In this document: piece by piece, positions 16,620 to 27,723 of the stretch | Layout: the number at the start of each line of letters is the position of its first letter | Numbering within the stretch: the stretch's first letter is position 1 | Assembly: GCA_031367385.1 (NCBI GenBank) | Contig: JANLPS010000260.1 | Location: 1 to 27,723, forward strand | Origin: Archangium sp. | Lineage (GTDB): Bacteria > Myxococcota > Myxococcia > Myxococcales > Myxococcaceae | DNA: 27,723 nt | Reading direction: 5' to 3' | Notes under the pieces: model-generated | Databases searched by the model: none | Told to the model about the DNA's origin: nothing | Seen by the model: the letters and a program-made list of their open reading frames with translations, nothing else | Made by a program: the position numbers and the translations under genes

Positions 16620-16931
16620 ATGTCGAGGCGCTGCACCGCGTGCGGCCGGGCACCATCTGACCCCGCGGCACGCCATGATTTTTGCGAGTATTGCGCCGCG
16701 CCGCTCGAGGTGATCGGCGGGCCTTCGCTCGTCAGCCTGGTCTGTGACCGCTGCGGTGCCACCTTCGAAGCCCCCGCTGACCTCGCCACGGTTCTGCCCG
16801 ACGTGCCAGAGCTTCGGCCCTATTCCCACTCGATGGTGGCCGGCGGCTTCGACGAGATGTCGTACACCACGCGGTTGATGCCCCGCACCTCGTTGGTGAT
16901 GCGGCTCGAGATCTTGCCCAGCACGTCGTAG
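16620..16931 (+). CDS. Small hypothetical zinc-ribbon-like protein (possibly a truncated remnant)
   Basis: CTAC, CEYC and CDRC motifs in the non-overlapping part. Starts 7 nt after the SIMPL stop; the last 112 nt overlap guaA on the opposite strand. Confidence 0.4.
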   Translation: MSRRCTACGRAPSDPAARHDFCEYCAAPLEVIGGPSLVSLVCDRCGATFEAPADLATVLPDVPELRPYSHSMVAGGFDEMSYTTRLMPRTSLVMRLEILPSTS

Positions 16932-18373
16932 GGCAAGCGCGCCCAATCGGCGGTCATGCCGTCGACCGAAGTCACCGCGCGAATCGCACAGGTGCACTCA
17001 TAGGTTCGCTCGTCGCCCATCACGCCCACGCTCTGCACCGGCAGCAGCACCGCAAAGGCCTGCCACAGCTCCCGGTACAGGCCTGCGCTGCGAATCTCCT
17101 CGTTGACGATCGCCTCGGCCCTGCGCAACAACGTGAGTCGGGCCTCGGTGATGTCGCTGATCACCCGAATCGCCAACCCCGGCCCGGGGAAAGGCTGGCG
17201 GCTGACCATCTCGTCGGGCAGCCCGAGCTCACGGCCGAGCACGCGAACCTCGTCTTTGAAGAGCTCACGCAACGGCTCGAGCAGCTTCAGGTTCATCTTC
17301 TCGGGCAAGCCGCCGACGTTGTGGTGGCTCTTGATCATCGCCGAAGGGCCCTTGGTCGAGACCGATTCGATCACATCGGGGTAGAGCGTGCCCTGGGCGA
17401 GAAACTTGGCGTCGGTGAAGGTGCGCGCGGCCTCTTCGAAGACCAGAACGAACTCGTTGCCGATGATCTTGCGCTTCTTTTCGGGGTCGCTGACGCCGGC
17501 CAGCTTTTCGAGAAACCGGGCCCGCGCGTCGATGGTCTTGAGCGGCACGTGAAAGCGGCCGGTGAAGAGCGCCTCGACCTGCGCTCGCTCGCCTTCACGC
17601 AGCAGCCCGTTGTCGACGAAGATGCACTGCAGGCGTTCGCCGATGGCGCGGTGAATGAGCAACGCGGCGACCGAGCTGTCGACTCCGCCAGAGAGGCCGC
17701 AGATCACCCGGCCACCCTCGCCGACCTTGGCGCGAATCTCGTTGATCGCCTCTTCGATGTAGCCCTTCATCGTCCAGTCGCCGGTGACGCGGCAGTCATT
17801 GAACAAGAACGACTGGAGCATCTCGCGGCCGTTGACGGTGTGTACGACCTCGGGGTGAAACTGGAGCCCGTAGATGGGCTTGTGCTCGTGCGCGGCGGCG
17901 GCCAGCGGCGCGTTCGACGAGCGACCGATGGCGACGAAGCCCTCGGGCAGGCGCTCGACGCGATCGCCATGGCTCATCCACACCTTGAGCGGAGTGCCCT
18001 TGGCGAACGAGGCAAAGGGCCCGCGGGAGGTCATCACCTCGACCTCAGCCGGGCCGAACTCGCGGTGCGCGGAGCGATCAATCGAGCCGCCGAGCATTTT
18101 CGCCAGCAATTGCAAGCCATAGCAGATGCCCAAGACCGGCACGTTCAGCTCGAAGACCTCAGGCACGCAGCGCGGAGACCCCGGTGCCTCGACCGACGCG
18201 GGGCCACCCGACAGAATGATGCCTTTGGGGGCGTATTTCTGAATGTCCGCGAGGGGCAGATCGGGGCGGTGAATCTCGCAATAGACGCCAAGCTCGCGAA
18301 CCCGGCGGGCAATGAGCTGGGTGTATTGGCTCCCAAAATCGAGAATCAGAATTTTTTCGTGCGTGGCCTGCAC
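16820..18373 (-). CDS. guaA: GMP synthase (glutamine-hydrolysing)
   Basis: [43 protein letters not shown] and KPPATIEWE. Confidence 0.99.
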   Translation of the reverse strand: MQATHEKILILDFGSQYTQLIARRVRELGVYCEIHRPDLPLADIQKYAPKGIILSGGPASVEAPGSPRCVPEVFELNVPVLGICYGLQLLAKMLGGSIDRSAHREFGPAEVEVMTSRGPFASFAKGTPLKVWMSHGDRVERLPEGFVAIGRSSNAPLAAAAHEHKPIYGLQFHPEVVHTVNGREMLQSFLFNDCRVTGDWTMKGYIEEAINEIRAKVGEGGRVICGLSGGVDSSVAALLIHRAIGERLQCIFVDNGLLREGERAQVEALFTGRFHVPLKTIDARARFLEKLAGVSDPEKKRKIIGNEFVLVFEEAARTFTDAKFLAQGTLYPDVIESVSTKGPSAMIKSHHNVGGLPEKMNLKLLEPLRELFKDEVRVLGRELGLPDEMVSRQPFPGPGLAIRVISDITEARLTLLRRAEAIVNEEIRSAGLYRELWQAFAVLLPVQSVGVMGDERTYECTCAIRAVTSVDGMTADWARLPYDVLGKISSRITNEVRGINRVVYDISSKPPATIEWE

Positions 18374-18406
18374 CGTTGCCTCCGAGAGCGTGCTGCATGT
18401 CTTGCG

Positions 18407-18435
18407 TTGACATGGGGCTCTACCCCTTCAAGACT
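18407..18435 (+). promoter_or_regulatory. Possible sigma-70-type promoter for the lipoprotein gene
   Basis: TTGACA, a 17-nt spacer, then AAGACT in the guaA/lipoprotein intergenic region. The -10 match is weak. Confidence 0.3.
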
Positions 18436-18445
18436 CCAGCCCGCA

Positions 18446-19036
18446 ATGAACAAGCGAACTCGGGCGGCGATGTCTGCAGCACTTCTTCTCGCTGCATGTG
18501 CGCATGAGATTACGTCTGACGAGCGACTCGACCGTGAGACCACCCACACCGACTCGCTCAAATCGAGCACGGCGGCTGAGCTGGGCAAGCTGCGCTGCGA
18601 TGACATCGGCACCGACTTGACCAAGGCCCGCGATGCCAACCGTACAGAAGAAGAGCGGTTGGGCGCCTACACCGAGCTGTATTCGCAGCTCAAAGGGCGC
18701 ACCGCGAAGTTCGACGAGGCGATGTCGAGAAACCCCGACCTCGCCTTTCAGGAGGGCAGCCAAGACCTGGTCGCCTCGCGTGACGGGTGCATTCAGTCAG
18801 CGGCCGATGTGCGCAATGAGCTCGAGACGCTGGTGCGAGAGATCATGCAGGTGCTGGTGGTCGAAGACGTTCGCTCAGGCCAGCAGGTCAAGGTGGCGCG
18901 CATCGATTTCGCACCGTTGCGCACGGCAATTGACAGGCTCGAGCTCGATGACCGCGAAGTGATGCTCTCGAAGATCACGACGGCCGAGAAGCAGGTCGAC
19001 TCGAAGCCCGAGGGCCGCGGCAAGCGCCCGAAGTGA
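18446..19036 (+). CDS. Hypothetical lipoprotein (helical)
   Basis: MNKRTRAAMSAALLLAAC lipoprotein signal. This is the 3' part of ORF 17321..19036, whose upstream part is antisense to guaA. Confidence 0.75.
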   Translation: MNKRTRAAMSAALLLAACAHEITSDERLDRETTHTDSLKSSTAAELGKLRCDDIGTDLTKARDANRTEEERLGAYTELYSQLKGRTAKFDEAMSRNPDLAFQEGSQDLVASRDGCIQSAADVRNELETLVREIMQVLVVEDVRSGQQVKVARIDFAPLRTAIDRLELDDREVMLSKITTAEKQVDSKPEGRGKRPK

Positions 19037-19088
19037 TCCGGGAACGCGAAGTCTCGCGTGAGGGGTGAGAAGGTGAAATCCCCCCCCC

Positions 19089-19164
19089 GTGAGCCCGCCC
19101 ACTCATGATGTGCCCGCCCGCTCATGATGAGCCCGCCCTCTCATGGTGAGCCTGTCGAACCATG
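19089..19164. repeat. Tandem 19-nt repeats (3 degenerate units) running into a REP-like element
   Basis: gtgagcccgcccactcatg / atgtgcccgcccgctcatg / atgagcccgccctctcatg / gtgagcctgtcgaaccatg. Positions 19139-19162 are the exact reverse complement of 19504-19527. Confidence 0.85.
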
Positions 19165-19213
19165 GGGAGTCCAGTCACCTCAACTTGTCAGCCCCGCAGG
19201 GTAAACGCCTCAG

Positions 19214-19525
19214 GTGGGCTTTTACATCTACATTCTTCGATGCGCCGACGGCTCCTTCTACGTCGGTCACACGCGAAACCTCGAGCACCGCGTTTGGCGA
19301 CATCAATCGGGTCAGTTCGGCGGCTACACGGCGACGCGCCTGCCGGTCGAGCTGGTGTTCTGCGAAGAAATGATGAGTGTCAAAGAGGCGTTCGAGCGCG
19401 AAGTTCAAATCAAACGCTGGAGCCGAGCGAAGAAGCTTGCCCTCATCGCGCGGGACTGGGCCTTGCTGTCGAGGCTCGCGCGAAACCGCAGTGACCAAGG
19501 GCGTGGTTCGACAGGCTCACCATGA
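19214..19525 (+). CDS. Small GIY-YIG nuclease (UPF0213/YhbQ-like)
   Basis: YIYILRCADGSFYVGHT, RVWRH and AFEREVQIKRWSRAKKLALI. Confidence 0.9.
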   Translation: MGFYIYILRCADGSFYVGHTRNLEHRVWRHQSGQFGGYTATRLPVELVFCEEMMSVKEAFEREVQIKRWSRAKKLALIARDWALLSRLARNRSDQGRGSTGSP

Positions 19526-19568
19526 GAGCTCGTTCGCTCGCCCGTGGTTCGACAGGCTCACCATGAGA
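19502..19568. repeat. Two direct copies of a 26-nt REP-like repeat (19502-19527, 19543-19568)
   Basis: cgtggttcgacaggctcaccatgaga occurs twice with a 41-nt period and is inverted relative to the copy upstream of the nuclease gene. Confidence 0.9.
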
Positions 19569-19616
19569 TTCCCCTCCCTCCCGTCCCCTCTCTCCCGTGC
19601 ACTCATTTCCCCGGCC

Positions 19617-21089
<1,473 letters not shown>

Positions 21090-21191
21090 CTAACGGAATT
21101 GTCGCGCACCTTCAACAACCACCCAGCGCCCCGTCAACGACCTCAACTGAGTGCTGGAAGTTCGCAGAATCCGGACGTATTGCCGCACGGC

Positions 21192-23342
21192 GTGGCAGAC
21201 CCCAAACAGCCTGCTGGCCTCGCGGTTCGACTGCCCTTCGCGTCGGCTGAAGAATTCTTGCAGCGCTACGGCGCCATGGTCACCCGCGGTGGCATCTATC
21301 TTCGCGCGAAATCGCTGCGGGCCCCCGGCACCGCGGTGGTGCTCGAGATCAAAATCGAGACCGGCGAGCGCATCATCTACGCCAACGCCGTCGTCGCCTA
21401 CGTCACCGGTAACGCCGGGCAGGGCGTCGCTGGCATGGGGTTCAAGTTCATCACCCTCGATGGCGCCAGCCGCCGCTTCCTCGACTCGGCCTCGGCTGCC
21501 ATGCCCCATGTGCGCTCAGATGAGCCGCCGGTGCCCAAGAACGTCGGGCCGATCGATTCACGGCCTGAAGCGGTCGAGCCGCCGGCGCCTCCACCTTCGC
21601 AATCGCAGGCCGAGCTGCCCTCTGAACAGAGCGGCCGCCTGTTGGTCGAGAGCGCCCCTCAAGGCGGTGAGCTCCACGCCCCCGCGTTCGAGCCCGCCCC
21701 CGAGCCCGAGCGCACCGGGCCCGTCATCGGCATCGACCTGGGCACCACCAACTCCTGCGCGGCCATCGTGCGCGACGGCAAGGCCCAGATTCTGCGTGGC
21801 AAAGATGGGCAGTCGCTCATCCCCTCCGTCATCGCGCTCACCCCTCGCGGTCAATTGCTAGTCGGCGGAGCGGCCAAAGCACAGGCCCAGAAGAGCCCGA
21901 AGCTCACGGTCTCGGGCTTCAAGCGGTTGATCGGCCGTTCATTCGAGGCGCCCGAAGTGCAAGACGTGCTCAAGCGCTTCGCCTTCGACGTCGTGCCGAC
22001 CGACATCGGCGAGTGCGGCGTCAAGCTCGGCGATCGCGTCTATCTGCTCGAAGAGCTCTCGGCTTTGGTCTTGCGCGAGGTCAAACAGCTCGCTGAAACG
22101 CAGCTGGGCACTGCGGTGAACCGAGCGGTGATCACCGTGCCCGCCTGGTACACCGAGCGCCAACGCCAGGCCGTGCGTGAAGCGGGCCGGCTCGCGGGTC
22201 TGCACGTCGAGCGCATCGTCAACGAGCCCACCGCCGGTGCCATCGCCTACGGCTACGGCCGTCACCTGAACCAGCGCCTGCTGGTGTACGACCTGGGAGG
22301 CGGCACCTTCGATGCCTCGGTGCTCGAGCTCAACGACACGGTCTACGAAGTCGTGTCCACCGGTGGAGACAACTTCCTTGGCGGTATCGACTTCGACAAT
22401 GCGATCATCGGCTGGCTGCTCGGCGAGTTCGAAAAGAAGAACGACACTCTCTTTCACGATCGAATCGCGTTGCAGCGGGTGGGCGACGCGGCCGAGCGGG
22501 CGAAAATTCTGCTCAGCGATCGCAATGAAGCGCGCATCAACGTGCCCTTCGTCACGATGGTGAACGATCAGCCCATCGATCTCGATGTGGTGATGCCCAG
22601 GTCACGCCTGGTCTCCCTCACCCGCCACCTGGTCGATCGCACCATGGAGGTCTGCCAAGAAGTGCTGCACGCCCGCGACATTCGCGCCGACCAGATCGAT
22701 GAAATTCTGCTGATTGGCGGCCAGAGCCGCGCGCCCCTCGTGCAAGAGCGCATCACCTTGCTGTTCGGCAGGTCGCCACTGGTCGGCGTGAACCCCGAAG
22801 AGGCGGTGGCCTTGGGAGCGGCGCTCCTCGCCCAGGCCCTCGAGCAGAAAGAAGGGCTGCTGCTGATCGACGTGCTGCCGATGTCGATTGGCGTTGGCCT
22901 GCCGGGGGGCCGGTTCTACCCGGTGCTCCAGCGAAACACCGCGCTGCCCACCACCCGAAAGCATCGCGTCGTCACCACGCGCGACGCCCAGACCGATCTC
23001 GAGATCACCGTGTTTCAAGGTGAGTCGGTGTACGTGCGCGATGACACGTACCTCGGTGCGTTCAAGATCTCGGGTCTGCCCGCCGCCCCCAAAGGCACCG
23101 TGGCGATCGAGCTCACCTTCGAGCTCAACAACGAATGCCTTCTCAAGTTGACCGCGTTCGAAGAGACGACCGGGCAAGAAGTCATCGCAACCTTCGCGAC
23201 CAGAGACACCCCGGCAGAGGTCAAGCGCCGGCTGGCAGCGCTCGAGGCTGAGCCCGATGAGCACGACGATGATGCGTTTCTGCGCCGAGGGTTCTGGGGC
23301 TGGCTCAAGGGCCTGTTCACCCGCCGTCGGCGGCGGCGATGA
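21192..23342 (+). CDS. Hsp70/DnaK-family protein with an N-terminal myxobacterial PilZ-like domain
   Basis: N-terminal RGGIYLR...GMGFKFITLD domain, Pro-rich linker, then GIDLGTTNS, ITVPAW, NEPTA and DLGGGTFD. The C-terminal lid is short or absent. Start uncertain (21099 or 21192). Confidence 0.88.
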   Translation: MADPKQPAGLAVRLPFASAEEFLQRYGAMVTRGGIYLRAKSLRAPGTAVVLEIKIETGERIIYANAVVAYVTGNAGQGVAGMGFKFITLDGASRRFLDSASAAMPHVRSDEPPVPKNVGPIDSRPEAVEPPAPPPSQSQAELPSEQSGRLLVESAPQGGELHAPAFEPAPEPERTGPVIGIDLGTTNSCAAIVRDGKAQILRGKDGQSLIPSVIALTPRGQLLVGGAAKAQAQKSPKLTVSGFKRLIGRSFEAPEVQDVLKRFAFDVVPTDIGECGVKLGDRVYLLEELSALVLREVKQLAETQLGTAVNRAVITVPAWYTERQRQAVREAGRLAGLHVERIVNEPTAGAIAYGYGRHLNQRLLVYDLGGGTFDASVLELNDTVYEVVSTGGDNFLGGIDFDNAIIGWLLGEFEKKNDTLFHDRIALQRVGDAAERAKILLSDRNEARINVPFVTMVNDQPIDLDVVMPRSRLVSLTRHLVDRTMEVCQEVLHARDIRADQIDEILLIGGQSRAPLVQERITLLFGRSPLVGVNPEEAVALGAALLAQALEQKEGLLLIDVLPMSIGVGLPGGRFYPVLQRNTALPTTRKHRVVTTRDAQTDLEITVFQGESVYVRDDTYLGAFKISGLPAAPKGTVAIELTFELNNECLLKLTAFEETTGQEVIATFATRDTPAEVKRRLAALEAEPDEHDDDAFLRRGFWGWLKGLFTRRRRRR

Positions 23343-26032
23343 CCGACGGCTCGACGGCACACACCGACGATCAAGCGCACGTCGACGGGTGCGAGCTCTG
23401 TCAGCAGAAACGGCTCTTCGCCCCGGGCAGTGAGCCCACCGGCGAGCTGCGACCCGAAGGGGTTGACCTCACCCCCACCCTCAAGCGAGGCAGTCTGATC
23501 GGCCGCTACGTGGTGCTCGAGGTGCTGGGCGCGGGCGGCATGGGCGAGGTGTACACCGCGATCGACCCGGAGCTCGATCGCCGGGTCGCGCTCAAGCTCG
23601 TGCGCAGCGACGCGAGCAGATCGGCCGACGAACGGCAAACACGGCTGCTCCGCGAGGCCCAGGCGATGGCCAAGCTCTCGCACCCCAACGTGGTCTCGAT
23701 CTTCGACGTCGGCGTGGTCGATGGCCGGGTCTTTCTCGCGATGGAGCTCGTCACCGGCAGCACCCTCACCGCCTGGCTGGCCGCCTCGCCCAGAACCTGG
23801 CGGGAGGTGCTCGAGATCTTCAAGCAAGCCGGAACCGGGCTCTCGGCCGCGCACCGGGCGGGCATGATTCACCGCGACTTCAAGCCCGACAACATCTTGA
23901 TCGGGCACGACGGCCGGGTTCGCGTCTCTGACTTCGGCCTGGCACGCGCCGCCACCTCGCCCGAGCAGCCAGTGGTCGTACCCCTCGTCGCCGAGGGAGA
24001 CCCGACCGCCGAATCGAGCTCGAACCTGCTCGGCACGCCGATGACCCAGGGCATCTTGGGTACCCCGGGCTACATGGCGCCCGAGCAACTGCTCGGTACC
24101 AACACCGACGAGAAGAGCGATCAATTCAGCTTCTGCGTCTCGCTCTACCGAGCCCTCTACGCCGGAGCCCCGTTCAACCCGGGCCCGATGCACGCCACCC
24201 TCGCGGCGATCACCGCGGGCGAAGTTCGGCCTGCGCCCCAGGGCACGGCGGTGCCGATGTGGGTCAGAAAGATCGTCGTCAAAGGCCTGAGCGCAGCGCC
24301 CTCCGGCCGGTACGGTTCGATTGACGAGCTGATCTCGGCGCTCGGCGATGACCCGGTCAAGCGGCGAAACCGGCTCTTGGTTTTCGGCGCCGCAGCGCTG
24401 CTGATCGCGGGCCTCATCGCCTCCGCGGTGGTCATCGTTCGCCACCAGAGTCAGCGCTGCAGCGGCGCAGATGAAGCGCTCGCCGGGCTGTGGGACGACT
24501 CGGTGCGCTCGAGCGTGCATCTGGCGTTCGGCGCCTCGGCGCTGCCCTACCGAGACGAAGCCTTCAGCGCGGTCAAAGCGCAGCTCGATCAGTACGCCAG
24601 CGCCTGGGTTCGGCAGAAGACTGAAGCCTGTGAGGCCACCTGGGTTCGCGGAGACCAGTCGAACGCGATGTTGGGCCTGCGCACCCGCTGCCTCGCTGAC
24701 CGCGCCGAGGCGCTTCGAGCACTCACCGGCGTCTTGACCCACGTCGATGCGGCCGGCGTTGAAGCCCTCTCTCGACGCGCGCAGCTGTTGCCCGGGTTAG
24801 ATCAATGCGCCGATGCCGCGGCGTTGGAGCGTGCCCCGGCCACTCCGCCTGCTGACGCAATGAGCGCGAGGCTGCACCAGGCCGCTGCGCTGCTGCTCAT
24901 CGGGCAATCACACGAGGCGCTCCCCAAGCTCGAGGCCCTCGACGCTGAGCTCAAGACGCTCGCGGCCCCCTCGCTTCGCGCGCATGGGCTGCTGCTGCTG
25001 ATCAACGCGCGGCTCGCTGAAGGCCAGCACGAGGGCGTGAGGGCCTTGGTGCTCGAGCAAATTCACCAGTCGGAGCTCGCCTTCAACGATTCGCTGCGAT
25101 TCCAAGGCTTGCTGCTCCTCGCAGGAGAGAGCAGCACCTTCGACGAGGTGCTCACCTATGGCCGAGTGGCAGCGGCCGCGCTGGCCCGGGTCTCCGACGT
25201 CGACTGGCATCAGGTTCAGCTGCAGCGGTTGCTCGGCCGGCAAGCCCTTGCGCACCGCACCCTGACCGATGCGCTCGCGGCCTTCGAACGCGGGCTCGAG
25301 CACGCGCACCACGATCGAGATCGCTACGAGCTGACCCGCGGGCTGGCCGATACCTCGGCTGCCATGGGCCACTTCACCCGGTCGCTGCAGGAGCACGCCG
25401 CCGCGCGCGACCTGCTCGTGGCCTCTCTGGGCCCGCATCACCCCGATCTCGCTGATGATTTCGAAGCGACGGGCGAGCTGCAAGCGAAGGCCGGCCGGCC
25501 CCGCGAAGCAGTGGTGTCATTCGAGGCCGCTGAGCGCATCGATCGTGAGAACCACCGCCCCACCGTCGAGGCTGAGATCGCAACCGCCGACGCGATGCGG
25601 GGCATGGGCCGAATTAGCGACGCTTCGACGCGTCTGCTGGCCCTCGAGACCGCCGCCACCGGCAGTCAGCGCTATCAGCTCGCGATGGCTCGGCTGCGCT
25701 TGGCGCAGAATCAACCGCAAGACGCAGTGACCCGGTTGCAAAACCAAACAGCTCCAGAGGCGCTGGTGGTGCTCGCGCAGGCGTTGCGAAAGACCAACCA
25801 CCTCCCCGAGGCCATCACTGCGCTCGAGTCGGCGCTGAAGACGCTCGATGACCCGATGCTCCGTTCAGAGGCCCACTTCGAGCAGGCTCAAGCGACCGCC
25901 GCGCTGAAGCAGCCACCGGCTCAGGCCCGCGCACTGGCCGAGCAAGCCATCGCTGACCTTCAGAACGTCGAGGGCCCCGCGCTCGAGCGAATCGACGCGA
26001 TCAACGCCTGGCTTACGACACACCCACCGTAG
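23339..26032 (+). CDS. Eukaryotic-like Ser/Thr protein kinase with a TM segment and TPR-like helical C-terminus
   Basis: GAGGMGEV, VALK, HRDFKPDN, DFG and GTPGYMAPE motifs; TM segment LLVFGAAALLIAGLIASAVVIV; LGPHHPDLA TPR-like motif. ATGA overlap with the upstream gene. Confidence 0.92.
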   Translation: MTDGSTAHTDDQAHVDGCELCQQKRLFAPGSEPTGELRPEGVDLTPTLKRGSLIGRYVVLEVLGAGGMGEVYTAIDPELDRRVALKLVRSDASRSADERQTRLLREAQAMAKLSHPNVVSIFDVGVVDGRVFLAMELVTGSTLTAWLAASPRTWREVLEIFKQAGTGLSAAHRAGMIHRDFKPDNILIGHDGRVRVSDFGLARAATSPEQPVVVPLVAEGDPTAESSSNLLGTPMTQGILGTPGYMAPEQLLGTNTDEKSDQFSFCVSLYRALYAGAPFNPGPMHATLAAITAGEVRPAPQGTAVPMWVRKIVVKGLSAAPSGRYGSIDELISALGDDPVKRRNRLLVFGAAALLIAGLIASAVVIVRHQSQRCSGADEALAGLWDDSVRSSVHLAFGASALPYRDEAFSAVKAQLDQYASAWVRQKTEACEATWVRGDQSNAMLGLRTRCLADRAEALRALTGVLTHVDAAGVEALSRRAQLLPGLDQCADAAALERAPATPPADAMSARLHQAAALLLIGQSHEALPKLEALDAELKTLAAPSLRAHGLLLLINARLAEGQHEGVRALVLEQIHQSELAFNDSLRFQGLLLLAGESSTFDEVLTYGRVAAAALARVSDVDWHQVQLQRLLGRQALAHRTLTDALAAFERGLEHAHHDRDRYELTRGLADTSAAMGHFTRSLQEHAAARDLLVASLGPHHPDLADDFEATGELQAKAGRPREAVVSFEAAERIDRENHRPTVEAEIATADAMRGMGRISDASTRLLALETAATGSQRYQLAMARLRLAQNQPQDAVTRLQNQTAPEALVVLAQALRKTNHLPEAITALESALKTLDDPMLRSEAHFEQAQATAALKQPPAQARALAEQAIADLQNVEGPALERIDAINAWLTTHPP

Positions 26033-26981
26033 GCAACCGCCGCAGCTTTTTCTCGCGCTCGCCCAGCGCGGCCTGCAGGTACTTGCCGCTCAGCTTGCGG
26101 CCGATCAGCTCCTGCGCGAGGGCACCCGCTTCGACCAGTTTGTGCAAGTCGATGCCCGTCTCGATGCCCATGCCATCGAGCATGAACACCAAGTCTTCAC
26201 TCGCGAGATTTCCCGCCGCTCCCGGGGCGTAAGGGCAACCGCCGAGACCACCGATGCTCGAATCGAACGTCGTGATGCCCATCGACAAGCCGACCAGCGC
26301 ATTCGCCAGCGCCGTGCCGCGTGTGTCGTGCAAGTGCAGCGCGATCTGCTCGAGCTTCAAGTACTTCGACACCGCCGTGACGATCTCCGCCGTCTGCGAC
26401 GGAGTACCCACGCCAATCGTGTCACCCAGCGACAATTGATACAGCCCGATGTCAGCCAATTGCTTCACCACTTCAACGACTTGCGAGACCGCCACCTTGC
26501 CCTCATACGGGCAGCCCCACACGGTCGACAGGTAGCACCGCACCCGCATGCCCGCAGCCAGTGCCGCCGCCGCCACCTCCCGCGCGGTCGAGATCGCCTC
26601 CCGCACCGACTTGTTGATGTTCTTCTTCGAGTGCGATTCGGTCACCGACAAGAACACCGCCGCCTCGTGCAGGCCCACCTGCTTGGCTCGCTCGAGGCCC
26701 TTCAAGTTGGGCACCAACGCGGTGAAGGTCACGCCCTCGGGCCGCTTGAGCAGGCTCAGTAATTTCTCGGCATCGGCCAGCTGCGGTATCCACCGGGGAG
26801 AGACGAAGGAGCTCACCTCGATGCGCCGCTCGCCCGCATCGATCAAGGCCTCGATCAACCGGGCCTTGTCGGTGGTCTGAAGCGTGCGCAGCTCATTCTG
26901 CAGCCCGTCACGCGGGCCGACCTCGAACACCTCGACCCGCGGAGGAAAGGTGCTGGCAAATGAGAGCTTCTGATCAGCCAC
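26013..26981 (-). CDS. hmgL: Hydroxymethylglutaryl-CoA lyase (HmgL/LiuE/MvaB)
   Basis: EVGPRDGLQNE, SLGDTIG, HLHDTRG and GGCPYAPGAAGN. Confidence 0.95.
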   Translation of the reverse strand: MADQKLSFASTFPPRVEVFEVGPRDGLQNELRTLQTTDKARLIEALIDAGERRIEVSSFVSPRWIPQLADAEKLLSLLKRPEGVTFTALVPNLKGLERAKQVGLHEAAVFLSVTESHSKKNINKSVREAISTAREVAAAALAAGMRVRCYLSTVWGCPYEGKVAVSQVVEVVKQLADIGLYQLSLGDTIGVGTPSQTAEIVTAVSKYLKLEQIALHLHDTRGTALANALVGLSMGITTFDSSIGGLGGCPYAPGAAGNLASEDLVFMLDGMGIETGIDLHKLVEAGALAQELIGRKLSGKYLQAALGEREKKLRRLPTVGVS

Positions 26982-27693
26982 GTTTCACTGCTCCTACGAT
27001 CAAATCGGGTGACCTCACGGTCGCCGGCTGACCTTCGAGAGTGCCATGCACCCACATCGTTGTGAACCCGGCGTCATCGAGCAACCGCTTCAACGCCTCG
27101 ACCGCATAGTAACGAATGAAGAATGAGGCGGCCATCACCCGACCGTCGGGCAGTTCGAGCCGGCGATCGATTTCGTCGCGCCCCCGCTCGGCGTTGAAGT
27201 GTACATGCTCGGTCAGCCGCGAGCCGTCAGCCAGCGGCACCCGCGTCAACGTCGTGCCCTGCGCCCGGGCCCATTCGCCGTTCGTGCCTTGCAGTATCAG
27301 CAGCCCCCCTGCCCTGACGCAGCGCGCAAGCCCTTGAAGCAACGGAGCGTGCCGTTCATCGTCGACCGTAAACAGGGTGTTGTACCAGGCATAGGCCGCG
27401 GCGAAGGCTCCGTCGCGAAACGGCAGGTCGAAAAAATCGGCCCGAACCGCCGGCGTCTTCACCTCACTCAGAGACAACGCATCAAAGTCGAGCCCCACCG
27501 TGAAGCGCGATGTCTTCAGGGCATTCAAATGCCGGCCATGGCCGCACCCAACATCGAGCACCGGCCCTGGCAACGGCAGCTCGGCCAGCCTGGCGCTCAG
27601 GTAGTCGGCGTCAGCGCGGGTGACGTGGTCGGGGAGAAAAGGCCGGGTCGTTCGAAGATACAGCTCGCCGAAGAGGCCGTTATCCGCCGACAC
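26974..27693 (-). CDS. Class I SAM-dependent methyltransferase
   Basis: VLDVGCGHGRH motif I, GLDFD and DFFDLPFRDGAF. GAGGA RBS before the GTG, although the frame stays open to the window edge. Confidence 0.85.
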   Translation of the reverse strand: MSADNGLFGELYLRTTRPFLPDHVTRADADYLSARLAELPLPGPVLDVGCGHGRHLNALKTSRFTVGLDFDALSLSEVKTPAVRADFFDLPFRDGAFAAAYAWYNTLFTVDDERHAPLLQGLARCVRAGGLLILQGTNGEWARAQGTTLTRVPLADGSRLTEHVHFNAERGRDEIDRRLELPDGRVMAASFFIRYYAVEALKRLLDDAGFTTMWVHGTLEGQPATVRSPDLIVGAVKRG

Positions 27694-27723
27694 CGGAGTC
27701 CTCGTCGAGGTCTCCTTCGACTT

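Noticed and set aside
17321..18445. N-terminal 375 aa of the 571-aa plus-strand ORF
   Set aside because: Antisense to guaA. The real gene begins at the lipoprotein signal at 18446.
19089..19568. Short repeats as a possible CRISPR array
   Set aside because: Only two direct copies with a 15-nt spacer plus one inverted copy, and no cas genes in the window. The pattern fits REP-like repeats.
23015..24742. 575-aa minus-strand ORF
   Set aside because: Antisense shadow of the Hsp70 and kinase genes.
27680..27723. Possible 3' tail of an upstream minus-strand gene (...VEGDLDEDSGVGG*)
   Set aside because: Too short to support a call within this window.

Overview
High-GC, gene-dense bacterial window that looks myxobacterial (PilZ-like/Hsp70 fusion, Ser/Thr kinase-TPR protein, stand-alone PilZ protein, sigma-54 promoter). 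Housekeeping and signalling genes are an aldehyde dehydrogenase, an alpha/beta hydrolase, two PAS histidine kinases, methylmalonyl-CoA epimerase, SIMPL, guaA, guaB, HMG-CoA lyase and a methyltransferase. The main result is a tightly coupled six-gene minus-strand operon (15784->9754): CarB-like carboxymethylproline synthase, ACP, left-handed beta-helix protein, enoyl-thioester carboxylase/reductase (Ccr), AMP-dependent acyl ligase and CarA-like carbapenam synthetase. The Ccr has the enlarged-pocket P/A/G residues, and the CarB has Tyr and Gln at the W79 and M108 positions. Together these suggest a route to C6-alkyl carbapenam-type beta-lactams from alkylmalonyl thioesters, with no CarC or radical-SAM enzyme in the window. 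A class A beta-lactamase lies about 4.8 kb away. Also notable are a tandem GILT-like lipoprotein and a GIY-YIG nuclease gene bracketed by REP-like inverted repeats. All family calls come from motif recognition and recalled reference sequences; no database search was run.
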